A DNA stretch of 64,000 bases from assembly GCF_009914755.1 (NCBI RefSeq), contig NC_060931.1; one strand, written 5' to 3'. Made by a program: the position numbers and the translations under genes. The notes beneath the pieces were generated by a model. The model was given only the letters and a program-made list of their open reading frames with translations. It had not been told where the DNA came from and did not search any database. Shown one piece after another: positions 39,375 to 52,644 of the stretch (position 1 is the stretch's first letter; each line of letters opens with the position of its first letter). Source of the stretch: the human T2T-CHM13v2.0 reference genome, Homo sapiens.

Positions 39375-39524
39375 TCAACTTGTACCCTTCATCAGCAAAG
39401 TACTTAGCTCAACATGTATGCGTCTGGGGGAACTCATCCACATGCTATTTAAGGATATTTCCAGCAACATCATCTTCACTACCCCAGGATGGCATTTTAG
39501 AGTGGATTACGTGCCTGCCGGATG

Positions 39525-40081
39525 TGTTGTAGTTGAACGAGTTAGAGAAAATGCCACACTTTGAGACGAATTAAGAGTCTGTTCATTTAGCCGGTGGCTA
39601 AGAAATGGCTAACATTTAAAGTTCTCTCGGCCTCGAAGAAGGGGCTAGATTTTCTTTTATACTTTGGTTTAGAAAGGGGAGGGGGATTTTTTACAAAAGT
39701 AGGAATTTTACAGAAGTAGACAAAAAAGTTAAAAGGATAAATTGTTACAGGAAAGTAAACAGTTCTAGGTCTAGGGGCTTTTAGACTATTATGAGGTGAC
39801 AGATGCGGGGCTTTGGGCGTTATCAATTGGACGAATTCCTGGGAACTGCGGATATTGCTCGCCACAGTATCTTATCAGTTAATTGCATTCTTGGATGTGC
39901 TGGGAGTCAGCTTGCACAAGTTAAGTCCTTGAGGAAGGGGCTGCCAGTGAAAGAGCCAAGATGGAGTCTGTCTGGCTCTCTTAGCTAAGGGAGAGTCAGT
40001 TCAGGTTGAAACAAGGCTAGGTGATTAAAAGAAAGGGAGAGTCTAAGAACAGGGTTAGTAAAAACAAGGTTGGGCATTACA
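39525..40081 (-). repeat. 3' LTR (LTR6A/B)
   Basis: tgttgtagttgaacgagttagagaaaatgccacac..gggcattaca, TG..CA termini. Confidence 0.9.
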
Positions 40082-43000
40082 TTCCTCACTTGTGTTTTTG
40101 GGGAGTCAAATCGTTGATTCTTCAGTTATAACAAGGGGGTTATATTGAGTCTTAAGATACATAAGTTTGACAGAAGCTATGCGTTGTTTTACAAAATTAA
40201 GAAACTAATTTAATATACAAGGTCCAAAAATTAGACTTAATACTAGGATGGGGAGGGGGTCTGGCTAACTTAGTAATTAGAATAGTTAGCTCTGGGTTCT
40301 AGTTGAACATGCTTTGATACTAGCGGATGTTATTTTCTTGTTCTTGTTGGCGCTTATCTAGATTTTCTTGCACTTTCTGGAGTGTATCTTTTATGACTAA
40401 GAATGGTGGAGGAACAGTTAAATCAACTTTGTCAGGGTGTTTCTGGAACATAGGGTTACTTAGATCAGTTAAAGGCCTGATTGACTTGGGTGGGCTTTAT
40501 GAGACTATGGTTTTTTTGGATGGTGAACATAGACTTAACATTAAATCCTGGGATGTAAAATCTTAATCTTCATGACATGCCATGATACTATTGAGTTGAG
40601 TTAAGGTCATGGACAGTTACAGTAAGAGGATTACAATTTTTTCTAGTACATAATTTAGGATGAGAAGCAGGACTTATGGAAAGAGTTGAAGATCTGGTTG
40701 ATCTTTTAGAGTAGGTGGCTAAAGTTACACATGTCTAATCAGGACAGGAAAACTGATAAGTATCTTGACAGCTAGCATCAGGGTGATTTCTAGGACAGAG
40801 GTAAAAGTCAATATTTTGGAGTCTTTTTTCTGCACTTTTGGAGCTTCTACACTTAGTTTGGCTCTTGGAGTGTCTGAATCTTGCTGAAAGGTCGACCCTT
40901 GCTGCTCCTGGGACTGGCAGATTGTGTTGCTTTTCATGGGTATGGGCTGGCTTTGGGAAAAGTACAAATAAGTCAACTGCAAAGGAGACTTCCTTGGAGG
41001 TACTGGCCTTCTAAGTGGTGTTTGCAAATACAAGTCCTGTTGTGAAAGAGGTGAGGAGAAAGGAGTAGGAAGGCACAGAGGACGTAAAGGGCAAAAACAA
41101 ATAAGTGAGGCAGATAAAAAGAATGAATCTAATGGGTTCACCTGACTTAGGTGCAGTTTTAAGGGGCCTAACTTAGGCCTGGGGACTTATGTTTTTAGTT
41201 GGGCTCTGTTGGCCTTTTTGATGCGGGAGTGATGAATGTAAGCAGGAATGCCGTCTACTTTCAGAGCCATTGGCGTTGTGAGGATGACGGTGTGAGGTCT
41301 TTTCTAAGCAGGAGTGAGTCTTTCTTTCTGGAAATTTTTAACAAACACTAGGTCTCATGGCTGGAACGAATGGCTGGACTTTGGTCAGGAATTGGATTGG
41401 GATGGGCTCCTGGAACAAGTGGCAGGATAATATCTTGTACCTGTTGGAGAGACTATAGGTACTGTAATAAATTATTTTGTGATATTTCTGCTAATTTGGC
41501 ATCTCTTAGCTTAGGCAAGATAGGGGGTTCCTTCTTATACATGATTTCAAAAGGTGAGAAACTAGCCTGGTAAGGGGTGCACCTTACTTTAAGTAGGGCT
41601 AAAGGAAGGAGACTTACTTAATTTACACTTTTTTTTAAGATTAATTTTGTAAGAGTGTTTTTTAGGGTGTGGTTCTTGCGTTCTACTTGCCTGGAACTCT
41701 GGGGTTGATAGGCACAATGGAGCTTCTGTTGAATGTTTAAGGCCTTACTGACTGACTGAGCTATAGGCGAGGTGAAGGTTGGTCTATTATCAGACTTTAT
41801 GGCAGCAGGCAGCCTATATTGAGGGATGATTTCATTGAGTAAAAATTTAACTACTGTGTTGGTGGTTTCGTTTTCGGTAGCAAATGCCTTAGTCTATCTG
41901 GAGAAGGTGTCTACCAGTACTAGAAGGTATTTGTACTTAGCCTGGTGTGGTTTGACTTCTCTAAAGTCAATTTCTTACTTTTTTCTTGGTGAGTTTTTTC
42001 AGAGACAGTGGCCTGGGCTGGGTTTAGGACTTTGTTTGGCATTTACTTGGGCGCAGGTTGTGCACTGGAGAGCTGCTTAATCTGTTAGGCTTTGAAGATG
42101 GGGGATCTTAAAATGGCTCTGGAGGAGCTAAGGTAGATTTGCTCTTCTTAAATGGGTGGTAGACTGTAGGTAACTGATTAAAGTTTCTTTAAGAGTTCAG
42201 GGTATGAAGATTCTAAAGTCTGGAAGAATCTACTAACTTTCCTGATTTTTATTGGCTCTGAGATCCGAAGCCAGTTTTTTTTGTTGTTGTTGTTGTTGAG
42301 TATACGGGATTGTCAGGCAGATCTGGCTGTGGAAAGGAGACTGTGGGCAGCAAGTTTAGAGGCGTGACTGAAAGTCGCGCTGAGACCTGAGCTGCTGAAT
42401 CACGTTTCTGGTTACTATGGGCAACGGGTGTGTTTTCTTTTTGATGTCCTTTGCAGTGGATCACAGCTACCTGCTGAGGTGAGTAGCCTGCTTTCCTGGT
42501 AGATGGCTTTACGTACATACACAGTAGCAAAGGCGTACTTGCTGTCAGTGTAAATGTTAATACGTTTATTCTTACTTTATCAGAGAGCCTGAGTGAGGGC
42601 TATCAATTCAGCCTTTTGGGCTGAGGTGTTCGCTGGTAAAGCTTGAGCTTACAACACATGTGTCTCCGTGGTAACAGCTGCACTGACTTTTCATACTTCC
42701 TGCTTGAGGAAGCTGCTACTGTCTCTGAACACGGCGGTACCTGCCTTTTCTAGGGGCACACCTTGAAGATCACATCGGCCAGTTTCGATAGTTTCTAACA
42801 GTTCTTGACAGTCATGAGCAGGAATAGTGGAGTCTGAGTCAGGAAGTACTGTAGCTGGATTTAAACACTTTGTGGGAGAGAAAGTCAAACGAGGCTGATC
42901 TAACAGTAAACTTCGATACTGCAAGATGCGAGCATTTGACATCTATTTGCCAGAAGCACTTCGTAGTAAGGTCTTTATGGCGTGAGGAGCTGTAAGGGTT

Positions 43001-46000
43001 AAATTTTGGCTTAGAGTTAATTTATCGTCTTCTTGGGCCAGGCTTGCTGTAGCCGCTACGGCTCGCAGACAACTTGGCCATCTAGAGGCCACAGGATCTA
43101 GCCTCTTAGACAAATAGGCCACTGGGCGTCTTTAGGGTCTTAGAGTCTGAGTAAACACGTTTTTAGCAACTCCTTGGCTTTTATGGAGATATTAGGGAGG
43201 GCTAAAGCAGGGGCTTCAGTTAATGCTAAATTAACGGGCTATTTCATTCTGTACTTCTTGGATAGCTGCCACTAAGATTTTTGTTTGTCTTTTGAATGCT
43301 TTATCAGCGGCCTTTTCAGCTGCCAGTGTAGCTTGTTTTTGTTTTTTAAACTTTTGATTGTCAAAAACTTCTTGGGCTATTTCTAAAAGCTGACTGATAT
43401 TTATTCTAGCAAATCTTTTTAGTTTTTGGAGTTTCTTTTTAATATCTGGGGCTGCCAGAGCCACAAATGCTAAATGAAGAGCACGGCTATTTTCGGGAGC
43501 TGCCGGGTCAAAAGGGATGTAAATCCAATAAGCCTCCTGGAGGCGCTCTAAAAACGTTCTTGGTGACTTATCGGGCCTTTGGACAACTTCGCTTGTCTTA
43601 GACAAGTTTATGGGTTTCTGAGCGGCTCTTTTAATACTTGCGAGGAGATACCGGTGAAAATCACCTAAAGCTCCCTTTCTACTTGAGGAATTTGGGTGCT
43701 GGTTAGGCCGGGTAGAGGGAAAGACCTCCTCAAGGGGGTCTCTAGCTTCTTCTTCCGGTCCGTTGGCTGATGTGAGGAAGTACTTTTTGGCTTCTTTTTG
43801 GATACGTTCTTTCTTTTCAGAGGTGAAAAGGGTTAAAAGGAGCTGTCGGCAATCATCTTAGGTGGGCGGGTGAGTCTGGAGTACAGACTCTGTCAGAGAG
43901 GTCAAAGCCTGGGGCTTTTCAGAGAAGGGAGGATTATGGGTTTTCGAATTACATAAGTCAGAAGTAGAAAAAGGGACATAAACTAAGAAGGGTGCTGAGC
44001 GCTCATCACCTGGAGGGACTTGTGCCTCTCTCAGTGGTAGGAGAGGGGCTACTTCTTCCTGCCACGGTCATGATTGAGAGGCAATGGGTGGCGAGCCTAC
44101 AGGGGACGTCGTCGAGCAGACATGGGATAACTTTAAGGGAGAAGGTTGGTAGTAAGGCGGTGGGACTGGGTGAGGGAGACTCCCCTCTTCTTCAGAGGGA
44201 GGCAGTACAGGGGGAGCTGAACCGGCTGAGGGTCGAGGCGAAAACGTGGTCTGGCTTAGGAGGACCTTGGAGGTAGAATTATGAATGGCGCATGAACGGA
44301 GCCATGGAGAGTGGATCCTGACTAAACTTAGCTCTTGATCAATGTAGGGAAACTGATCAGGGTGGCTAGGAGTTTCAGTAACAACCTGCCACACAGCTTG
44401 AACAATTGTGAGGTTCAATGACCCTTCAGGGGGCCACTTGACTTTAAACTTTGGCCATTTTATTTTGCAGAGTGTCTAGAGCTTGCCTTTTTTAAGGCGG
44501 ACTTTATAATCTGAGAAACTGAGAGGAAAATTCTGCAGCATACATTGGAGAGGGCTTTAACTTTACAAGGCTGGGAGGAAGTGTTTCTTTTTTTTTTTTT
44601 TGAAGGCAATTTAATAAGATTTGAGCATAGATATTAAACTTAGCATGGACAGAGAAACTTATTTCTTGGGGGACTGGAGTAGTGAAAGAACAGAATCAAT
44701 ATGACTAGAAAGAGCAGAAAAACTTACAACAGCTAATACTACTTGCTACATTGCTGTAGCTTTAAGACTGAGGGAGGAGGACTAGAGCCAGCCTGAGATC
44801 TTCTGGGTCAGTTTGATCTAGGCGTTCTTCTTCTTCTTCTAGATCTGCACTTTAAATACTTTTGGTGTCTTTATAACTTAAACGCAAATAGCTTAAACTT
44901 AGCTTTTTCTCTTAAGGGTTTAAGGAGTGAGAGCAGAGCCAAGTCCTGGAGACGGTAAACTTGCTGTGGCACCGGAAAACGAGATGTGCGGGATACGGGG
45001 CAGGGACAAGGTGGAAAAGGACTACTCGGATCATTTTTAAGATGGAAGAGTAGCCACAGAGGAACAGAGTAAGAATCTCAATGAAGTAAAGCAGTACGGG
45101 CGTACATTTCTTTACACAGTGCTCTATTTCAGGGCACAGGAAAAGTTACAGAATGACAAGAGAGGTGAGCAAGGAAATCTGCAGGGTGGCTGTTTTGAAC
45201 TCATTACTGGTTTAGTTTAGAGGACGTCTAATCACTTGGACGTGGAGTATGATGATCTAAATACTTAACAACTTTCTTGGTGCTAGAAATCTTAATCAGG
45301 CGAATATTTTTCACACTTGTTCTTGTAACAACACTTGACTTGCTTCTGGCAGAAAAGACAGGACTGTGGTGGCCAGCCTAAAAGATTGATGAGAAATTTA
45401 ACCTCCTGTGACAAAAAATCAGCACTAAGGACTTTGAAGAAGTTTTTACTTAGAGGTCTTGGGCAATACCAACGTCTTGACATGCAAAACTTTGACAACT
45501 ACTAACAAGACAATAGACGCTGAACAGAACAATCAATATAAAACAAACAGTTGACTTTAGGGCATGTAAACAGTTATGACAGTTTTTCCTTTTTTTTTTT
45601 TTTTTTTAGACAGACAAGGGGAGGGTTTCCTGTGATGGGATCAGTCAGATGCCTGCCTGGCCACTCCCCTTGAGGGGACTTGGGCTCCTCTTAGCATTGG
45701 CAGGCCGGTATAAACTTCCGGCTCAGATCAAGGTACGCCTGATGCTGCCTTAAGCCTTATGAGGTCGCCACGGAACCGCAGGTGAGGGCCCACTTGAACT
45801 CCGTAGCTTTCGCCGTGGAGCTACAAACTGGAGGACAAGCGCAAACCCTTGTCCTCCCTCATTCATTCATTATTCACACAGAGTATATAACAGTTTTTTT
45901 TTTTTCTTTCTTGGAGATTCTTCAAGAAACTTGAACAAGAGAAAGATGAGAGATACAAAAAGAGAGAGAGAGAGTGACCGGTCTGCCAGAAACCAGGACT

Positions 46001-46401
46001 CAGTCCTCCAGCATCCTGGGATGTGGACTGAGTCAAGGGAGGGCCCCTGTCAGGGCCACTTCCCTCCTAGAAAGAGACACAGAGGAGCCTAACAGAAAAC
46101 CAGGGCTCTACCTTCTAGCGTCCTAGAGAAACAGGCAGAGTCAAAAGAGGGACACCCTCATCAGGGCCGCTTCCCTCTTACTAGAACTGAAGTCAAATCT
46201 GACCTACCTGACCTCAGGGTCAGAAGTCGAGGACTCAGAGGTGGAATTTTTATGGGCACCCACAAGGTAGTCGATCCGCTCTCCTCTGGAAGACGGTCAC
46301 CTTTCGAGGACCTGAAAATTTTTTTGTAGGTGGCACCCCCCAACAAGCCGGCCGTCCTTCCGGGGGAGCCCGGAGCGAGCCCGGTTCTCGCCTCGTGGCG
46401 T

Positions 46402-46419
46402 TTCTCGCTGGGGCCTCCA
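46402..46419 (-). promoter_or_regulatory. Primer-binding site for tRNA-Thr
   Basis: TGGAGGCCCCAGCGAGAA directly after the 5' LTR. Confidence 0.88.
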
Positions 46420-46421
46420 AA

Positions 46422-46870
46422 TGTTGTACTTGAATGAGTTAGAGAAAATGCCACACTTTCACATGAATTAAGAGTCTGCTTATTTAGCTGGAGGTCAAGA
46501 AATGGCTAACTCTTAAAGTTCTCTTGGCCCTGAAGAAGGGGCTAGATTTTCTTTTATACTTCAGTTTAGAAAGGGGAAATGGGTCTAGTTAAAAGAATTT
46601 TACAGAAGTAAAGTAGGCAAAAAAGTTAAAAGGATAAATTGTTACAGGAAAGTAAACAGTTCTAGGTCTAAGGGCTTTAAGACTATTACAAAGTGATAGA
46701 CATGGGGCTTTAGGCATTATCAATCGGACAAATTCCTGGGAACTGCGGATATTGCTTGCCCCACAGTATCTTATCAGTTAATTGCATTCTTAGATCTGCT
46801 AAGAGTCAGCTTACACAAGTTAAGTCCTTGAGGAAGGGGCTGCCAGTGAAAAAGCCAAGATAAAAGCTGT
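46422..46870 (-). repeat. 5' LTR (LTR6), ~110 bp of U3 missing
   Basis: Aligns with 39525-39970, then stops abruptly. Confidence 0.9.
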
Positions 46871-47210
46871 CCCCAGTGTTAGAGGTGGGGCCTGGTGGGA
46901 AGAGATTGGATCATGGGGGTGGATTTCTCATGAATGATTTAGTGTCATCCTTTTGGTCCTGTCCTTGCAATAGTGAGTGAGTTCCGGCAAGATCGGGTTG
47001 TTTACGAGTGTGTAGCACCTCCCTCCTTACTCTCTTGCTCCCGCTTCACCTTCTGCCATCATTGTAAGTTTCCTGAGGCCTCCACAGAAGCTCAGCAGAT
47101 GTCAGTGTCATGCTCCCTGTATAGCCTACAAAACTGTGAGCCAATTAAACCTCTTTTCTTTATATATTACCCAGCCTCAGGTATTTCTTTATAGCATGAG
47201 AGAACAGCCA
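46871..47210 (+). mobile_element. MSTA-type MaLR LTR, 5'-truncated
   Basis: gaggtggggcctggtggga..ctgtgagccaattaaacctcttttcttt..cagcctcaggtatttctttatagca. Confidence 0.85.
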
Positions 47211-47212
47211 AA

Positions 47213-47338
47213 TCCAGCAGCCATAGACAATATGCAGCAAATGTGCATGGCTGTGTTTCAGTAAAACTTTATTGACAAACACATGTGCAAGCAGGTCAGA
47301 TTTGGCCCATGGGCCATAGTGTCCCAACCTCTGCTCTG
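47213..47338. mobile_element. MER58A, one half only
   Basis: gcagccatagacaatatg..ggctgtgtttcagtaaaactttatt..gatttggcccatgggccatag. Confidence 0.8.
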
Positions 47339-47371
47339 GAATATTCTCTTCAGCCTGGACGGACATCTCTA

Positions 47372-47817
<446 letters not shown>

Positions 47818-48876
47818 CCTCTAGATTTTTTTTTTTTTTTGACCATTGCTTATTTGGTTTGACTTTCATTTTCTTCCCCATTGTGGTAGTCATTTTCTGA
47901 ATGCCTGTTAGTTTGTCCATCTCTCTCCTCTGTAGTCCCTAGAGTCAGATGAACTCCTCTGCAGGTGCAATGGTGTAACACTCTCTAGTGCTGAATTTTG
48001 AGCAGGAGAAAGAGAGCAAGAGTGACCAGTACCTTTGGAAACTCTGCCCTCCTGAGAATTTGGTGTCTTCTCTGCAAATGTTGCAAACCTGTTAACCCAC
48101 AGGCTGGAGAGAGAGACAAGCCAGAATCATGATCTGTTGAGCTTCAGTTTAATATTTGATGCACAGAGATCACTGAGTTTTTTTATAAGAATTAGAGGGG
48201 GAAGAAATGGCCACAGAGAGCAATTTCTATCTCCAGGTGAGGATTCAGGAGATAATTCTGCGAACAGAACTTCCTGAGAACTGAGATGGGGGAAATCGCT
48301 GGTATTAGAAGAGTGAAAAGTTCAGTAATTAAGGCTACGACTGTGCTCTTAGAGGCAAAAGAAGAAAATGAGACTGCCAGGCATGAATAATGAGAAATCT
48401 TTGATGGAATTAGCCATGCAGAACAGATACTAAATGCATCCTCATTCTTCTCATAGTCAAAAGTTTTTGCTTAAGCTGGATAGGAAAAAGAGCATCCCAT
48501 TTCACTAAGTATAAAAGAGGGGATTTTAGAGAAGGTCTCAGAAGAAAGAGATGTGGGGGTTTGGTGAAACTCACCAGAGGCTGGACCCTCTCCAGCATAA
48601 CACAGGGATTGGGAGGAGCGGGGCGGCATTAGGCCAGGTGCATAGCCCAGTGCTGCTATCTCTGGACTTTCTGCTCTCTCTGGACTTGTTTACTAGCTGA
48701 GCTTATCCATTTACATAATTTTCAGTGCCATTTCTCAGCTGATGAGTCCTGAACTTTTGTCCTGAGGCTAGAATTCTCCTTGAAACAGCAGTCTTAAACA
48801 CTCAACTTCTTTCTTGTTTTTTCCACTTGTCAACTCATGAACACCTCAACCTTGTTACATCCAAAGCCAAACTCAT

Positions 48877-49190
48877 GGCTTGGTGTGGTAGGTGATGGCT
48901 GTAATCCCAGTGCTATGGGAGGCTGAGGTGGGAGGATTACTTGAGGCCAGGAGTTTGAAGCCAGCCTGGAAAACACAGTGAGACTCCCTATCTACAAAAA
49001 AAAAAAAAAAACAACAAAAACAAAAAGCTAGGCATGGTGATGTGCATCTGTAGGATCTGTAGTCCTGCTACATGGCAGGCTGAGGCAGGAGGATCAATTG
49101 AGCCCAGGAGTTTGAGGCTGCAAAGAGCTATGATGGCACCAATGCACTCCAGCCTGGGTGACACAGCCAGAGACCCTGTCTTAAAAAAAA
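48877..49190 (+). mobile_element. AluJ inside L2
   Basis: TSD ccaaagccaaactc. Confidence 0.92.
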
Positions 49191-49892
49191 CCCAAAGCCA
49201 AACTCTCTTTTTCCTCCTCCTTCTCCATGGGCTCTGTCCATGCCATCTCTCTTCTGTAAATGGCACCACCCCCTGCTGAGCTGCTCAAGGTGGTCATAAC
49301 TCATGTGTTGTGCTAACTCTGCTTTTGCCCTCTTCTCCAGTCAGCAAGTCCTGTGATTCTAAACTTTATCCAACTTGTCCACTCTCTCTAGCTTCACTGT
49401 CATTATCTTTGCCTAGGACACCAGTATCTCAGCTGGGCTACAGCAGCAGCCTCCTAACTGGTCTTAACTGGTACTCTGCACCTGCTCTCCATGCTCAGCA
49501 ATCCATTTCCTACCTGGCAGCTTCAGTGATCTTAAGGTGTCCATTGAGTCTCATCCCTGCCTTTCCTGCCCATGGTACATAGAATAAAATCGAGACCCCG
49601 AGTCTTCTGCCTGTTCCTGCCACCTCTCCAGCCCTCTCCTATCTCCTGCCCTTGGCCTACTCTATTTCAGCCACTATGGCCTCCTTTTGTTTTCTTGGAC
49701 TTTCAAACCTTTTTCCACAACAGGGCCTTTGCACTTGCTGCTTCAGCCTGGAATGATTTTCCTCTGCACCTCCCCAGATTAGACCATCCTTTAGGTCTCA
49801 GCTAAAATGGTGCTTCCACAGACAGCTCTTTCCTGACCCCTTTATAAAGTGGACTTCCCTGCTCTTCTCCACCTTAACCTCTTATTGTTTCT

Positions 49893-50972
49893 TGTTGTGG
49901 GAAGTCAGGGACCCCAAATGGAGAGGGACTGGCTGGAGCCATGGCAGAGGAACATAAATGGTGAAGATTTCATGGACATTTATCAGTTCCCAAATAATAC
50001 TTTTATAATTTCTTATGCCTGTCTTTAGTCTCTTAATTCTGTTATATTCATAAGCTAAGGATGTACATCACCGCAGGACCACTGTGATAATTGTGTTAAC
50101 TGTACAAATTGATTGTAAAACATGTGTGTTTCAACAATATGAAATCAGTGCACCTTGAAAAAGAAGAGAACAGCAATTTTTAGGGAACAAAGGAAGACAA
50201 CCATAAGGTCTGACTGCCTGCAGGGTTGGGCAAAAAGAGCCATATGTTTCTTCTTGCAGAGAGTCTATAAACGGATATGCAGGTAGGAGAGATATCACTA
50301 AATTCTTTTCCTAGCAAGGAATATTAATAGTAATACCCTGGGAAAGGAATGAATTCCTGGGGGAAGGTCTATAAATGGCTGCTCTGGGAATGTCTGTCTT
50401 ATGCGGTTAAGATAAGGACTGAGATACACCCTGGTCTCCTGCAGTACCCAAAGGCTTACTAGGGTGGAGAAAAACTCCGCCCTGATATATCTGTGGTCAG
50501 ACTGGTTCTCTGCTCTTGAACCCTGTTTTCTGTTGTTTAAGATGTTTATCAAGACAATACATGCGTGAATGAACATAGACCCTTATCAGTGGTTCTGCTT
50601 TTGTCCTTTGCTTTGTGATCTTTGCTGGACACTTCTCAGTAGTTCTGCTTTTGCCCTTTGTCCTGTTCCCTCAGAAGCACGTGATCTTTGTTAGACCCTT
50701 AGTAGTAGTTCTGCTTTGTACCATTTGAAGCATGTGACCTTTGTACCTATTCCCCATTCTTACACCCCCTCCCCTTTTGAAGCCCTTAATAAAAACTTGC
50801 TCATCTGAGACTCAGGGGGCATCATGGTCCTACTGATGTGTAATGTCACCCCCAGCAGCCCAGCTGTAAAATTCCTTTCTTTGTAGTGTCTCTCTTTATT
50901 TCTCAGCTGCCTGACACTTATAGAAAATAGAAAGAACCTACATTGAAATATTGGGGGCAGGTTCCACCTATA
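49893..50972 (+). mobile_element. MER11 solo LTR (HERV-K HML-8)
   Basis: TGTTGTGGGAAGTCAGGGACCCC..cttaataaaaacttgct..gaaatattgggggcaggttcc. Confidence 0.92.
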
Positions 50973-51084
50973 CTTCTTTCATGGATTTACTTATTTTTTG
51001 TTTGTCCCCCTGTGTATCCTAGAAACTCCTGGAGGGCAGAGGCATGCCTGCCATCTTCATCATTGCATTACCACCACCCAACAC

Positions 51085-51385
51085 TATTGGGGGACCTGCC
51101 CCGATAATCATGTAGGTTCTTTTCTACTTTCCTAAGCGTCAACTGGCTTGAGAAATAAAAGGACAGAGTACAAAAGAGAGAAATTTTAAAGCTGGGCGTC
51201 CGGGGGAGACATCACACATTGGTAGGATCCGTGATGCCCCACAAGCCACAAAAACCAGCAAGTTTTTATTAGGGAGTTTCAAAAGGGGAGGCAGTATACG
51301 AATAGGTGTGGGTGACAGACATCAAGTACTTAACAGGATAATAGAATATCACAAGGCAAGTGGAGACAGGGCGAGACCACAGGAC
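51085..51385 (-). mobile_element. MER9 LTR (HERV-K HML-3), partial
   Basis: tattgggggacctgccccgataatc..aaattttaaagctgggcgtccgggggagacatcac. Confidence 0.88.
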
Positions 51386-51560
51386 ATTTAGCCCCCCAGC
51401 TCTCTTACCTCAAAGCTTGTCTCCTGAAGGCCACAGCTTCTGTCAACTGACCCTTTCCACACCTCCTTTTCTTCAGATTCCAGGAACTGCTCCCTATCCA
51501 GCTACTCTATCACAATGCTACTTGCTTTCTCACTCTAGGATCTGTTAAAACAAAAAGTGA

Positions 51561-51670
51561 GTCTGGGTGCATGGTTCACGCCTGTAATTCCAGCACTTTG
51601 GGAGGCCAAGGCAAGAGGGTGGCTTGAGGCCAGGAGTTCAAGACCAGCCTGCTCAACATAGTGAGATTCT
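51561..51670 (+). mobile_element. FLAM / AluJ left monomer
   Basis: gcctgtaattccagcactttgggaggcc..caacatagtgaga. Confidence 0.8.
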
Positions 51671-52644
51671 CCCCCCACTCCCATCTCTGGTCTCACACAC
51701 ATACACATGGGCACAAATTAAATTTTATCTAAAAATTTAAAAATTGTTTTAAAATTGAAATAGTTACATGGATTATGTATATATTCATTTTGTAAAACTA
51801 TAGATCTCATGGAAATGGGAACTCTTTACTCTTCCAGCAAAACATTTTTTTAGCCACAAATAAAAGAAGACCAGTGATTTAGCCTGTACACACAAAAAAG
51901 ACATAAGAAAATACTGCTAAGGCTGGGGCAGGGGTGGGGGAAAGAGATCTAAAAAATTCAAATTTTACTGGGAAGGACCACTAATTAGAATCAGAATAAT
52001 TACTGTTTTAAAGCATTTAAGAATAGAGCACAATGAACCCCGGGAAGAAATAGATATGATTCAGAGTCGAGCTCACAGAGCAGATGGTACCTCAGCTGAG
52101 ACTGATAGAATAACATTAATAAGGGCATTCACTGCCATTTATTATCTCCTAACTGCAATGCATTTTGTATAAGTTATTTGTACTCTTCACATCAACCATG
52201 GAAAATAATAATTATTCTTATCTTTTGACGTTAAGGAAGTGGTAAGTGGTGTAAGAAGATAAATTAACATGCCAACACCAAACAGCTCAAGTTCGATAAC
52301 TCAGGAGTGCCCGTGTCTCCCCAAGAGGTTGCTTAGCAGGCAGACCAGGTAGAGAGAGCCCTTCCAAGAAGTGGCAGTGAGATGTGAAACGTCTCAGTGT
52401 GTCTCTAAGAACAACAGAAACCAGTACGTAGACCAAGTGGGAAAAGCCAAGGAAGAGGCAGGAATTTCCTCTTAAGATAGCAAGAAGAATAAACAAGAGC
52501 AGGACTGAGGGAAGCCATGGGAAATGGGCAAAATACCATGCATTAAGCGAGAAAAAACAACTTTTACTTTAGAATAGGAAAGGGGGAAGGAATGGTGGTA
52601 GTCTAGGTAAGCCTAGAAGAGTAAAGGGCAGCAGAGAAAAAATT

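Larger units (their letters stand above)
39525..46870 (-). mobile_element. HERV-S71 / HERV-T provirus, internally deleted and hypermutated
   Basis: Two LTR6-type LTRs, Thr PBS, gag (PDQFPYIDQ, PPPY, FLERLQEAY) ~43240-44590, RNase H/integrase ~41180-43232, env remnant ~40090-41140. Confidence 0.9.
48700..51080 (+). mobile_element. L2 3' region interrupted by AluJ and MER11
   Basis: cagcctcctaactggtct, cagggcctttgcacttgctg, ctcctggagggcagagg. Confidence 0.7.
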
